Assembly (NCBI GenBank): GCA_023622945.1
Contig: JAMNYG010000144.1
Coordinates: forward strand, 8,520 to 72,519
DNA from: Bacillota bacterium
Lineage (GTDB): Bacteria; Bacillota; Clostridia; Acetivibrionales; JAMNYG01
Direction: 5' to 3'
DNA length: 64,000 nucleotides
Shown here: piece by piece, positions 9,621 through 19,666 of the stretch
Layout of the letters: every line of letters begins with the position of its first letter
Position numbering within the stretch: the first letter of the stretch is position 1
Position numbers and translations under genes: made by a program
The notes under the pieces: generated by a model
Told to the model about the DNA's origin: nothing
The model's database searches: none
Seen by the model: only the letters and a program-made list of their open reading frames with translations

Positions 9621-10856
9621 TCAAACTTCCCTGTAGTCAAATACCCTTCTTGTCTTCTTTTCGCTCCTGGGCAAAGTGCCTATTGGCACAGCCTCAGCTC
9701 TTATCTGTATGCCTATCCTTTTTTTGAAAAGTTCAACAATGAGGGATTCCACCAAACTGCAGTCCACCCGGTCTTCACGTTCTACTCTGAGAGTCATTCT
9801 GTCCCTGCCTTCCACGTGATCTATTATGATGTTGTATTCGCTGCTGATTCCGTTGATTTCGGTGAGAAGTTCATCCACCTGCCCGGGATAGATGTTGACA
9901 CCTTTAATCTTAATCATGTCATCGGTTCTTCCCACTATCCTGTCAATACGGGGGAAGGGAGAACCGCAACTGCAGTTTCCGGGTATTATCCTGGTAAGAT
10001 CCCTGGTCCTGTACCGGATAAGGGGAGCGCCTTCTTTTACCAGAGTGGTAATGACAAGTTCTCCGTATTCTCCGTCACTGAGCCGTTTTCCGGTACATGG
10101 ATCTATGATCTCAAAGTAAAGTACATCGTCCCAGTAATGCATTCCCGAATGGCAGTGGCAGTCAAGAGCAATCCCCGGTCCGTATATTTCCGTAAGGCCA
10201 TAAATGTCGAATACTTCAATTCCAAGCCCGTCCTGGATTCTTTTTCTCATTTTTTCGCCCCATCTCTCGGAGCCGAATATACCTTTTTTCAGATGGATTT
10301 GGGATAGGATCCCTCTTTTTTGTACCTCCTCGGCAAGCAGGAGGGCATAGGAAGAGGTGGCCACCAGCACTGTGGATTTTAAATCAATCATCATCTGAAT
10401 TTGTTTGTCGGTGTTGCCCGGACCCATGGGCACGGCCATTGCACCAAGCTTTTCTACGCCTGCCTGAAAGCCTATTCCGGCTGTCCACAAGCCGTAACCC
10501 GGAGTTATCTGAACCCGGTCAAGGGGAGTAACTCCCGCCATTTTAAAGCAGCGGCACATCATTTCAGCCCAAATCTCAACATCTCCGGCTGTGTAGGGAA
10601 TTATCACGGGTTTTCCGGTGGTGCCCGAAGAAGAGTGAATCCTGACAACCTTTTCGTCCGGAACTGCCTGCAATCCAAGAGGATAGGCATCCCTGAGCTC
10701 TTCTTTTGTAGTGAAGGGAAGTTTTTCAAAATCTGATTCCGACCTGATATCTTCGGGGCAAATCCCGAGGGAACTGAATTTCTGCCTGTAAAAAGGGCTG
10801 TTTTGAGCTACATTTTTTAATAATTTCGTAAGAAGTGAAAACTGAACTTCTCTCAT
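9621..10856 (-). CDS. Phenylacetate/aryl-acetate-CoA ligase (PaaK family)
   Basis: HSSSGTTGKP, YGLWTAGIG, DIYGLTEIYGPG, PLIRYRTRD, GRTDDMIKIKGVN. Confidence 0.92.
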   Translation of the reverse strand: MREVQFSLLTKLLKNVAQNSPFYRQKFSSLGICPEDIRSESDFEKLPFTTKEELRDAYPLGLQAVPDEKVVRIHSSSGTTGKPVIIPYTAGDVEIWAEMMCRCFKMAGVTPLDRVQITPGYGLWTAGIGFQAGVEKLGAMAVPMGPGNTDKQIQMMIDLKSTVLVATSSYALLLAEEVQKRGILSQIHLKKGIFGSERWGEKMRKRIQDGLGIEVFDIYGLTEIYGPGIALDCHCHSGMHYWDDVLYFEIIDPCTGKRLSDGEYGELVITTLVKEGAPLIRYRTRDLTRIIPGNCSCGSPFPRIDRIVGRTDDMIKIKGVNIYPGQVDELLTEINGISSEYNIIIDHVEGRDRMTLRVEREDRVDCSLVESLIVELFKKRIGIQIRAEAVPIGTLPRSEKKTRRVFDYREV

Positions 10857-10896
10857 CTCAGCTACTCTCCTCTCATCCTCGTCTCGTTCTGAACTC
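10842..10896 (-). promoter_or_regulatory. TRAP-like binding site overlapping RBS and start codon of the CoA ligase
   Basis: GAG tt CAG aac GAG ac GAG gat GAG ag GAG ag TAG ct GAG at GAG ag AAG tt CAG; 11 NAG, 8 of them G/UAG; ATG at 10856 lies inside. Confidence 0.75.
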
Positions 10897-10902
10897 CCTT
10901 AT

Positions 10903-10931
10903 ATTATAAAGCCTGATGCAAAAGTTGTAAA
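10903..10931 (-). promoter_or_regulatory. Internal sigma-A-type promoter of the CoA ligase
   Basis: TTTACA-N17-TATAAT on the minus strand. Confidence 0.65.
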
Positions 10932-10974
10932 GCCTGAAAAATGCATGAATGAATAAGCATGAATGCAAAAAGAA

Positions 10975-11583
10975 TCAGCATGCAGCCACAGTTTTTTGCA
11001 TGATGCCTTCCCGGTATCCAAGTTCAAATGCTTTCATGTTCAGTTCAACATACTTTTGGGGAACATTCGATGCAATAACCTTTTCCAGAACAGATCTGTC
11101 AAAGGGCAGAAAACCTAGTCCCGCAGCAGCACCCAAAAGCACAATATTAACGGCCTTTACGGAACCTGCCTGTTCAGCCAGAGAGTAACCGTCAATAAAA
11201 ACGGGACATTTGCAGTTTTTTTTGATAAACTCCGTTATCCCATCGGTATCGTAATTTGAATTTCCCAGCGAAACCGTAACAGGTTTTATCACCTGTTTAT
11301 TTACAATGCATTTGCCATCAGGGGAAAGCCTTTGAATGCATCGCGCAGCTTCGCAAAGCTCAAAACCTATCAGCAGGTCTGCCCCTGACAGGGGAATGAC
11401 CGAGCTTGAGTTTTCGCTGCCTATCCTTACATGGCTCACAACAGATCCGCCCCGCTGCGACATCCCTATGGTTTCGGCCGTCCTTGCGAAGAAACCTGCT
11501 TCAATGGATGAAAGGGCAAGAATCCTTGAGGCGAGTACGGTACCCTGACCGCCCACCCCGGAAATGAGTATGTCGTATTTCAT
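10975..11583 (-). CDS. iorB: Indolepyruvate:ferredoxin oxidoreductase beta subunit
   Basis: GVGGQGTVLAS, ETIGMSQRGGSVVSHVR, NIVLLG. Confidence 0.93.
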   Translation of the reverse strand: MKYDILISGVGGQGTVLASRILALSSIEAGFFARTAETIGMSQRGGSVVSHVRIGSENSSSVIPLSGADLLIGFELCEAARCIQRLSPDGKCIVNKQVIKPVTVSLGNSNYDTDGITEFIKKNCKCPVFIDGYSLAEQAGSVKAVNIVLLGAAAGLGFLPFDRSVLEKVIASNVPQKYVELNMKAFELGYREGIMQKTVAAC

Positions 11584-13373
11584 TGATCAGCACCTCCTAT
11601 AGCGTCAAAGGGGCAAACCTGGGAGCACAGGGTACACCCGTAGCACAGGGAAGGTTCAATTCTTACTTTTTTACCCTCCGTATACATGGCAGGACATCCG
11701 ATTTCCCTTATGCATTTTTTGCAGGATGTGCAGTTATCTGTAACGGACATTATCCGTGAAGGTTTATACAATGAAATACAGGGTCCTTCAAAGATTACAA
11801 CCGATGGTCCGTTAAATTCGACAGCTTCCCTGATGATCCTGGCAGATTCCTTCAGGTTGAAGGGATTGGCCTTCTTTATAAATTTAACGCCGCAGGCTTT
11901 AACCAGGCTGAAAATGTCTATTTTTTCCGAAATGCTTCCCATGATGGTTTTTCCGGTGCCCGGATGGGGCTGATGTCCGGTCATGGCAGTGGTACCGTTG
12001 TCCAAGACCACAACGGTGATATCGGTATTATTGTAAACAGCGTTTATGATTCCGGGTATTCCTGTATGAAAGAAAGTTGAGTCCCCTATAAATGCGATGT
12101 GTCTGACATCGGGTTCGGCATGCTTCAAACCCTGGGCAACGGTGATGCCTGCTCCCATGCAAAGGCAGGTATCCACCATATCCAGGGGTTTCGCATTTCC
12201 AAGTGTATAACAGCCTATGTCGCCGGTAAATACGGCTTTTTGGCCTTTCATTGCCGTCTTGACGGCATAGAAAGAACCTCTGTGGGGGCAACCGGCACAA
12301 AGCACCGGCGGCCTTGCCGGAAAGTCAGAGGGGGTTAACTTATGCCCCATATCCTCATGAATGCCTGTTCCCAGGAATTTTTGCACGGCATCCTTAACAA
12401 GTTCAAAACTGTATTCGCCTGCAAAGGGCAAATGGTTTGTTTTTTTGCCGTAAATTCTTACATTTAACAGGTTTGAGGCACTCAGCTGGAGGAGAGATTC
12501 CTCCACCACCGGATCCAGCTCCTCTACCACAAGGACTTCATCCAAGCCGTTCAGGAATTCAAGAGCCAGTTTTGAAGGAAGAGGGTAGGGAGTACCTACT
12601 TTAAACAGCTTTACCCGGGCATCTGTCATTGACAGATATTCTTTAACGTAAGAGTATGCAACCCCTGAGGCTGCAATTCCTTTTTTACCGCTTCCCACAA
12701 CCTGGTTGAAGGGGGAGGATGAAAACATTTCGGAAAGCTTAGTTTGAAGCTGCTCTACATGTATATGTTTTTTGTAAGCTAAAGCAGGAAATATGACCCA
12801 TCTGGGATCCTTTTGGAAACCTTCCGGATTTCCCGGTTTTTCAAAGGAGTCCGGCAAATCTATGGTACTGCAGGAATGGCATATCCTGGTGGTTGGCCTT
12901 AAAAAAACCGGAAGCTGAACTTTTTCAGAAAGTTCAAAGGCAGCCTCAATCATTTGGTATGCTTCCTCGGGAGATGACGGGTCAAACACCGGCAGGTTGG
13001 AAAACTCGGCAAAATGCCTAGTATCCTGTTCCGTCTGGGAGGAAAAGGGACCCGGATCATCGGCAACCAGAATAACCATACCGCCCTTTACTCCAATATA
13101 AACAAGGCTCATCAAGGGATCAGAGGCAACATTCAATCCTACCTGCTTCATGGTTACAAGGGACCGGGCGCCTGCGTAGGCCGCGCCCGCGGCAACTTCC
13201 ATGGCAACCTTTTCGTTTACCGACCATTCCACATAGATATGGCCGGGATTGTTTTTCGCAATGGTTTCCAGAACTTCTGTAGACGGGGTGCCGGGGTAAC
13301 CCGTCACAACCCTGACACCGGATTTTATTGCACCGAAGGCTATGGCTTCGTTACCCATCAATAGTTTTCGCAA
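11580..13373 (-). CDS. iorA: Indolepyruvate:ferredoxin oxidoreductase alpha subunit
   Basis: MGNEAIA, GYPGTPSTE, LCAGCPHR, GDIGCYTLG, GDSTFFH, C-terminal ferredoxin Cys motifs. Confidence 0.95.
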   Translation of the reverse strand: MRKLLMGNEAIAFGAIKSGVRVVTGYPGTPSTEVLETIAKNNPGHIYVEWSVNEKVAMEVAAGAAYAGARSLVTMKQVGLNVASDPLMSLVYIGVKGGMVILVADDPGPFSSQTEQDTRHFAEFSNLPVFDPSSPEEAYQMIEAAFELSEKVQLPVFLRPTTRICHSCSTIDLPDSFEKPGNPEGFQKDPRWVIFPALAYKKHIHVEQLQTKLSEMFSSSPFNQVVGSGKKGIAASGVAYSYVKEYLSMTDARVKLFKVGTPYPLPSKLALEFLNGLDEVLVVEELDPVVEESLLQLSASNLLNVRIYGKKTNHLPFAGEYSFELVKDAVQKFLGTGIHEDMGHKLTPSDFPARPPVLCAGCPHRGSFYAVKTAMKGQKAVFTGDIGCYTLGNAKPLDMVDTCLCMGAGITVAQGLKHAEPDVRHIAFIGDSTFFHTGIPGIINAVYNNTDITVVVLDNGTTAMTGHQPHPGTGKTIMGSISEKIDIFSLVKACGVKFIKKANPFNLKESARIIREAVEFNGPSVVIFEGPCISLYKPSRIMSVTDNCTSCKKCIREIGCPAMYTEGKKVRIEPSLCYGCTLCSQVCPFDAIGGADQ

Positions 13374-13470
13374 TATCTTGTCCCTCCAGTTACATATTAC
13401 ATGTATTATAAATCAATTTTCCGCGGGAGTAAAGAAAACCAGATACGATTATGGGTAACGGCGGGAAGGC

Positions 13471-13584
13471 AAAAAAGTATGCTTAAAGTGGAATAAAAAG
13501 TATGCTTACAGTGGAATAAAAAAGATGCTTCCTGTGGAATAAAAAAATATACTTACTGTGGAAAGAAAGGATGCTTCCTGTAAA
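13471..13584. repeat. About five degenerate 23-24 bp tandem repeats
   Basis: AAAAAGTATGCTTA(A/C)AGTGGAAT-like units next to the melA terminator. Confidence 0.8.
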
Positions 13585-13591
13585 ACAACGC

Positions 13592-13623
13592 AAAAAAAGG
13601 ATGTTCCCGTAAAGGAAACATCC
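13592..13623 (-). terminator. Intrinsic terminator of the alpha-galactosidase gene
   Basis: Minus strand GGATGTTTCC-TTTAC-GGGAACATCC followed by a T run. Confidence 0.75.
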
Positions 13624-13683
13624 CGGTGAATCGGACTTGATTTTGCGTAAATCAAATTGAATCAACCTATTATTCAATTCATA

Positions 13684-15000
13684 TTACTTATTGAACTGCG
13701 GCAGCCAATCCCTGTTTGCTTCAAACATTTCGTCAACCATCTTTCTGATTTCGGCAAGGCTGAGAACCGCTGAAGTGAGGGGATCAAAATAGATTGCCTG
13801 GTAAATCAGTTCCTTGTCTCCTGTAAGGGCACCCTGTACAGCCAGTTCTTCACATCTTGCGCTGATGTTAACGAGAATGGCCAGATGATCCGGCAGAGGG
13901 CCAACATGCAGAGGTCTTATCCCCTGCTTGGATGCAATAACGGGAACTTCTACGCAGCATCCTTCGGGCAGGTTGTCTATAAGTCCGAAGTTGCGCACAT
14001 TTCCGTTAAATTCGTACATTGTGTTGTCTCCAAAGACAGCATTGAATATATACGAAGCGTATTCCTCTCCCCTCGCGAGGTCAACCGTTTCTTCCTCCAG
14101 ATATTTCCTGGTTTCATCCTTCCAGGTGTCTTCCCTCTTGAGGTATTCCTTGAGGATATAAGCATATTCGCCGGGGTTCCAGCCGGTTCCGTGAGTGCAG
14201 TATTTCTCTATCAGATCGGGTCTCTTGCGGAACCAGGGGTTATACTCGGAATTATGCCCGCTGGACTCGGTTACATAGTAGCCCAGGTGCAGGAACATTT
14301 CGTTTCTGACTATTTCTTCGTTATAGATTTCCGGTCTTTTTACAGCTTCCCTTATAAGCGGATAAGCATCTTTTCCATTCCATTTGTACTCAAGGTAGAA
14401 AGCCTGATGGTTGATTCCTGCGCAGGTATAGGTGATTTCTTCCATGGGAGCGCCTATCCATCTGGCCAGCATTTTGGCTGTACCCTGAACACTGTGACAA
14501 AGACCGGTTACCTTAACGTTGGTTGCACCTTGCATCGCGCGGCAGAGCATGGCCATAGGATTGGTATAGTTGAGGAAAATGGCATCGGGACAGTAACGTT
14601 CTATATCCCTGCAGATATCCAGCATTACCGGAACGGTTCTTAAGAATCTGAATATACCTGAAGGTCCCCTGGTATCACCTACATTTATATCCACTCCGTA
14701 TTTTTTGGGAATTTCAATATCATGTCTCCAGACATTTACACCGCCCTGGAGAATTGTACATACTACGCCGTCTGCTCCCTTAAGAGCCTCGGCCCTGTCT
14801 TTTGTGGCGATTACCTTGGCCGGGTAATTGCCTGCAGCTATGATTTTTTCCACTGCCTTTCTGGAAAATTCCAGGCGTTCATCGTCAATGTCCATGAGAG
14901 CGATGGTACTGTCGGCAAGGGCAGGGAAGGTAAGTATATCCCTAACCAGCGCCCTGGTGAATCCAAAACTACCTGCACCGATAAAAGCAATTTTCGGCAT
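13684..15000 (-). CDS. melA: GH4 NAD-dependent alpha-galactosidase
   Basis: [51 protein letters not shown]. Confidence 0.88.
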   Translation of the reverse strand: MPKIAFIGAGSFGFTRALVRDILTFPALADSTIALMDIDDERLEFSRKAVEKIIAAGNYPAKVIATKDRAEALKGADGVVCTILQGGVNVWRHDIEIPKKYGVDINVGDTRGPSGIFRFLRTVPVMLDICRDIERYCPDAIFLNYTNPMAMLCRAMQGATNVKVTGLCHSVQGTAKMLARWIGAPMEEITYTCAGINHQAFYLEYKWNGKDAYPLIREAVKRPEIYNEEIVRNEMFLHLGYYVTESSGHNSEYNPWFRKRPDLIEKYCTHGTGWNPGEYAYILKEYLKREDTWKDETRKYLEEETVDLARGEEYASYIFNAVFGDNTMYEFNGNVRNFGLIDNLPEGCCVEVPVIASKQGIRPLHVGPLPDHLAILVNISARCEELAVQGALTGDKELIYQAIYFDPLTSAVLSLAEIRKMVDEMFEANRDWLPQFNK

Positions 15001-15232
15001 TTTTACACTCTCCTCCTCATTTATTTTATATGCATTAACTGTTGTGCCGGCATGGAACAGGTTTTGTTCAAATGTCATCCCGTTGCTTATGGTTTAAACC
15101 AGCCTGCACAACAGATTAATCTAACTACTCCCATTTTAGTACCAGTTATCCGGATAGTAAATGTATTTTCGTATCGGTTACAAGGATTATTATTTTATCT
15201 CGTCATAATAATTATTATCTTCACGACCAATA

Positions 15233-16354
15233 TTATCCAAGGACAGCCAATGCTTCCTTAAGCTGCTCCCTGATCTTTATGTTCTGAGGACATTTTTTCT
15301 CACAAGCGCCACATTCGGTGCAAGCAGCAGGGGATTTGGGTCCGGACTCATCCCTTCCGAATCTCTTGAACTCTTCACGGGCTGTCTGTGTAAGTCCGAA
15401 CACTCTGTGATAATTGAATGTCTTAAATACGGCCGGTATACCTATACCGCTGGGGCAGGGCATGCAGTAACCGCATCCGGTGCAGTACAAATCGGCAAGT
15501 TTCCTGGTCTCTTCCAGCATCTTATTGATACGGTCCCAGTCTTCGGCGCTCAGAGGCTCTTCTATAGATGCAACTTTTGCATTCTCTTCCACCATTTCCA
15601 CCGAAGTCATTCCCGAGAGGGCACAGCATACATCAGGATTTCCAAGCACAAACCTAAGTGCCACTTCGGGTGTGCTTGCGGCTTTTTTCCCGAGAACTTT
15701 TTCAAATACCTCGGAGGGGGCCGCAAGCCTTCCGCCTGCCACCGGTCCCATAACTACAACTCCAAGGCCTTTTTTTCTCACATAGGATATGGCTTTTTCA
15801 TTGGTCCTGTCCAGAAGGTTGTACTGACAAAGGACCGATTCGAATACACCTGTGTCTGCCAGTTCCATCATGACTTCAGGCTTGTCATGGAAGGAAAAGG
15901 AAATATGCCTGATGAGGCCTTCGGCTTTTGCCTTTTCGGCTTCCTCAACCAGGTTATGCCTTAACACGATTTCTTCCCATCTTGATTTGTTAAGGCCATG
16001 AAAATGATAAAAATCAATATAATCGGTATCCAGTTTCTTCAGCTGCTCTTCGAGCAATCTCCTGTAATCCTCTCTCTTTTTAACCATATGGGTGGGCAGC
16101 TTTGTTGACAGGTAAACCTTGTCTCTATAGTTTTTTAAAGCTTTTCCCACCACTATTTCGCTGTTGCCGTGGTTGTAAAAATAGGCGGTGTCCACATAGT
16201 TTACCCCGAGATCAAAAGCACGATGCATTATTTTTAGCGCCTTGTCTTCGTCAACAAACCATTTTCCGTCCTTTTCATATTCGGGGAGGCGCATTGCACC
16301 AAAGCCAAGGGCAGATATTTTTACTCCGGTATTTCCAAAATCTCTGTATTGCAT
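15233..16354 (-). CDS. Aldo/keto reductase with C-terminal 4Fe-4S domain
   Basis: LGFGAMRLP, DTAYFY, LSTKLP, CTGCGYCMPCP, CTECGACEKKCP. Confidence 0.9.
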   Translation of the reverse strand: MQYRDFGNTGVKISALGFGAMRLPEYEKDGKWFVDEDKALKIMHRAFDLGVNYVDTAYFYNHGNSEIVVGKALKNYRDKVYLSTKLPTHMVKKREDYRRLLEEQLKKLDTDYIDFYHFHGLNKSRWEEIVLRHNLVEEAEKAKAEGLIRHISFSFHDKPEVMMELADTGVFESVLCQYNLLDRTNEKAISYVRKKGLGVVVMGPVAGGRLAAPSEVFEKVLGKKAASTPEVALRFVLGNPDVCCALSGMTSVEMVEENAKVASIEEPLSAEDWDRINKMLEETRKLADLYCTGCGYCMPCPSGIGIPAVFKTFNYHRVFGLTQTAREEFKRFGRDESGPKSPAACTECGACEKKCPQNIKIREQLKEALAVLG

Positions 16355-16391
16355 ACGAACCCTCCTTACATCATTTTGATGTACTTGTGAA

Positions 16392-16509
16392 CAGCGGTAC
16401 GGGGACACATCCCAAACCCCGGAGCACGTCTCCGCAGCAAGAGAAGTGTCCCCATATCCTGGACCGGTCTGTTGGTGAATCCATTGTCATTTCTGCATAT
16501 CATTTTCCT
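16392..16509 (-). repeat. Truncated copy of composite hairpin repeat (left arm plus REP-like palindrome)
   Basis: Reverse complement aligns with 52664-52779: GGAAA(A)TGATATGCAG...GGGGACACTTCTCTTGCTGCGG...GTGTCCCC. Confidence 0.8.
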
Positions 16510-16540
16510 GAATGTCAATGCAACGGGTCAAACTATTATA

Positions 16541-18829
16541 TCATTTTCCCACCACAACGTCGATATAGTTTTTGCCGTCTGCCATTGTCCTGATGCCTGT
16601 GCCGGAATAATTCTTCAGGGCATTGAATTTCAGCGTATAGTTCACAGATGTATCCAAAAGGTCAAACTTCAATATCAATGTGACAGGATCTATGTACCCT
16701 ACAAAAACCGGTACTTTTGATATGGTTTTGCCTGCCTCCCGGTATTCCAGGGAATAGTTTGCCGGAAGAAGGTTAGGCTCTTCGGCTGCAATCTCACCTG
16801 TGAAAGTTAATTTAATTGTGTCGTCCGATATGATTTTGGCCTCGCTGATGTCAGGTTTTACCATGTCTTCCGAAACACCGAATACGGAAGCTTCCAGGTC
16901 ACTTATAGGAGAGTCTCCGAATTCATCTTTAATGGTTTTGTAAATGCGGAGCCTGTATGATTTTTCTTCCACCAGGAATTTCCCTTCGGGAAGATACAGC
17001 TTTATGGCCCTGGGATCTTCATCCGGGTTGTAATAGACCTTTACCGGAACTGCAGAGTATCCGGAATGGCTTATGCCGGTTATCAGGTAGTTGGACGTAT
17101 CAAGTGCAGAATTTACATCAGGCTGACGGCTTAACTTTACCAACAGGGTAGCGTTGTCAATTGCACTGAGGGACCTGATGGAGAGGCTTAACCTGTCCAC
17201 ATGTTTTCCCGAAAAGGGATAACTTCCGTCGGTAATAGCGCTTTGGTTTACACCGTCTGCAATGTATTTGATCTTAAGCTCATAGTTTTTGTTTTTATCC
17301 AGGTTTCCCTGTAAAGTCAGGCGGATTACCTTGCCGGCTTTTTCTCCGGTTCCCTGGAGAACGGCTTTGCTTACCGGGATTACCTCTCCGGAAGGGCCAA
17401 CGACGGTGTAGTTGAGGATCTGTCGGGCATAGAAATCATCTATTTCCTTATTGAACTCAACGTCAATGGTTTTACCGGTTTGAGGGGTTATGTCAACAAG
17501 TGAAAGCTCCTGGTTTTCGCCGTCTACGGCTATAAAATCCGCGCTTTCTCCCTGGCCTTCATTAAGCCTGGTTCCGTAAAGGCTTGTCAGGTAACCGCTT
17601 ACCTTAATGGTATATGTACGGCTGTCGGCAAAGCTGAAGTCATTGTCCCTGAAATAAAGCATAACACCGTTATCTGAGGAAGCAAGGCGTTTTACCGCCA
17701 GCGAATCCCAGTTCCCCTTGACGATTGTGTTGCCGTCTTCCAGGAGTTCGTAATATGAAGGCATTTCACAGTTTTTGTTTATGGGATGGGTGAAAAACAC
17801 CTTTATGGTATTTTTGCTTACGGCTTCTACCTTGCTGATTTTGAAATAATCCGACGCTACGGTAGGAGCTTCATAGCCCAAAAAGTATGATGACAGCACT
17901 TCCGAAGGATTGCCGTAAAGGTCAAATACATTTGATATTTCAACCGTATAATGGACTCCGGGTTTTTGAATAGGAGTTCTGACTATGATCTCGGTACCTG
18001 ACTGGGATTCTATTGAAAGGGGAGCCAGGTAAGGAGAATGCAGCATTGACTCGTATATTTGTATGTCGGAGTCTTGAATGTTATATATCACCTCGTTGAA
18101 CTTAATTATGATCCTGGTGCTGCTTATTACTGAAATTTCCTCTATCGCGGTTTTTACTTCATCAACTATCAGGCCTGCTTCCAAAGCTGCATCCCTTGGC
18201 ACAATCCCGCTGTCTATCATGCGCTGTATAACCGTGGTGCTGTTGTCCTTGACCTTGAGGGAAAGGGCATTATAGATTACCTCGTATGCATCTCCTTTTA
18301 AGTACTTATTGTTATCCTGGGTCCTGCCGGCATATGCAGGATCCTTCAAAAGACCGATGTTGTATGCAAAGCTGTATATGTTGTCCATGCTGAAATCGGT
18401 TTGGTTGCTGTATCCCAGAGCTCTTAATACTAGAAGGAGGAATCCTTTTTCAGAAATATAGTCTTCAGGATAAAAGTTGCCTTCGGTGCTTCCGCTGGCA
18501 ATTCCCTGTTCGACACAATATCCTACATAGGGAGCATACCAGGCATCGGGTTTTACGTCAGGAAAACCTGTAATGCTGTAGTACAAAGCATTTTCCATGA
18601 CATAAGGCTGTTTTCCAAGGATTTTCACTACAAAGGTGAGAGCCTCGCACTTCTGGAGCTGTTTATCGGTATTGAAATTTCCGTTGGAACCGCTGATTAC
18701 GGACAATTTGTAAAGGGTTTCGGCTATTTCCTTCTGACTGGTTTCGGGGGATGCCCAGACCGTAACAAGAGATGAAAGGCAAATGGATGCAATGATCAGA
18801 ATCGACAATATTCTTCTTATAATATTCAT
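16541..18829 (-). CDS. Secreted S-layer homology protein with tandem Ig-like repeats
   Basis: Signal peptide; FPDVKPDAWYAPYV...GIASG SLH motif; repeated 'I.V.F..(E/P)I...NY' beta domains. Confidence 0.8.
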   Translation of the reverse strand: MNIIRRILSILIIASICLSSLVTVWASPETSQKEIAETLYKLSVISGSNGNFNTDKQLQKCEALTFVVKILGKQPYVMENALYYSITGFPDVKPDAWYAPYVGYCVEQGIASGSTEGNFYPEDYISEKGFLLLVLRALGYSNQTDFSMDNIYSFAYNIGLLKDPAYAGRTQDNNKYLKGDAYEVIYNALSLKVKDNSTTVIQRMIDSGIVPRDAALEAGLIVDEVKTAIEEISVISSTRIIIKFNEVIYNIQDSDIQIYESMLHSPYLAPLSIESQSGTEIIVRTPIQKPGVHYTVEISNVFDLYGNPSEVLSSYFLGYEAPTVASDYFKISKVEAVSKNTIKVFFTHPINKNCEMPSYYELLEDGNTIVKGNWDSLAVKRLASSDNGVMLYFRDNDFSFADSRTYTIKVSGYLTSLYGTRLNEGQGESADFIAVDGENQELSLVDITPQTGKTIDVEFNKEIDDFYARQILNYTVVGPSGEVIPVSKAVLQGTGEKAGKVIRLTLQGNLDKNKNYELKIKYIADGVNQSAITDGSYPFSGKHVDRLSLSIRSLSAIDNATLLVKLSRQPDVNSALDTSNYLITGISHSGYSAVPVKVYYNPDEDPRAIKLYLPEGKFLVEEKSYRLRIYKTIKDEFGDSPISDLEASVFGVSEDMVKPDISEAKIISDDTIKLTFTGEIAAEEPNLLPANYSLEYREAGKTISKVPVFVGYIDPVTLILKFDLLDTSVNYTLKFNALKNYSGTGIRTMADGKNYIDVVVGK

Positions 18830-18979
18830 TGACCTCACCTTTTCTTATGTATTGTAAAAATATGACTTCTGAAACATTATATCAGATTCACACCATGTTT
18901 ACAATTACAGGTTGTTGAAAGATTTCGCCCGTGATATTATTATCTTGAGAAAAGGCAAAATAAAAAGGTGGTAGGGGTT

Positions 18980-19666
18980 GTGACAAACAAGACAAAAGTT
19001 TTGGTTGTTGATGATGATTATAATATATGTGAATTGCTAAGACTGTATCTGGAAAAGGAAGGATACGAAGTTCAGACGGTACACCATGGAATAAAGGCCA
19101 TAGAAGCTTTTAAAGATTTTGCACCTAATATAGTGATACTGGACATAATGTTGCCGGGAGCGGACGGCTGGCAGGTTTGCAGGGAGATCAGGAAAATGAG
19201 CACCATTCCCATCATCATGCTGACAGCAAAGGGTGAAACCTTTGACAAGGTGCTTGGGCTGGAACTGGGTGCAGATGATTATATAGTAAAGCCATTTGAA
19301 CCCAAGGAGCTGATTGCCAGGATAAAGGCGGTGCTAAGGAGATCGGAGCATAAGGAAATCGATGTTAAGGAGGTTGTTTATCCCAACCTTGTGGTAAACA
19401 AGTCCAACTACACGGTAAAAGTAAACGGGAAGGAACTTAACCTGCCCCCCAAGGAACTGGAACTGCTCTTTTTTCTTGCATCCAATCCCAACAAAGTGTT
19501 TACGAGGGAGCAGCTCCTTGAGCATGTATGGGGGTTTGATTTCTACGGAGACTCAAGAACGGTTGATGTGCACATTAAAAGGCTGAGGGAAAAGCTGGAT
19601 TCCGAGAACCAGGTATGGCAGCTGAAGACGGTATGGGGGGTAGGCTACAAGTTTGAGGTGAAATGA
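18980..19666 (+). CDS. OmpR-family response regulator
   Basis: VLVVDDD, LDIMLPG, GADDYIVKPF, RTVDVHIKRLR, TVWGVGYKF. Confidence 0.95.
   Translation: MTNKTKVLVVDDDYNICELLRLYLEKEGYEVQTVHHGIKAIEAFKDFAPNIVILDIMLPGADGWQVCREIRKMSTIPIIMLTAKGETFDKVLGLELGADDYIVKPFEPKELIARIKAVLRRSEHKEIDVKEVVYPNLVVNKSNYTVKVNGKELNLPPKELELLFFLASNPNKVFTREQLLEHVWGFDFYGDSRTVDVHIKRLREKLDSENQVWQLKTVWGVGYKFEVK

Noticed and set aside
13374..13440. TRAP site upstream of iorA
   Set aside because: Looked for and not found; no NAG array
13471..13584. Possible CRISPR array (also considered for 6932-7062 and 60807-60905)
   Set aside because: Units are contiguous and degenerate, with no unique spacers and no cas genes
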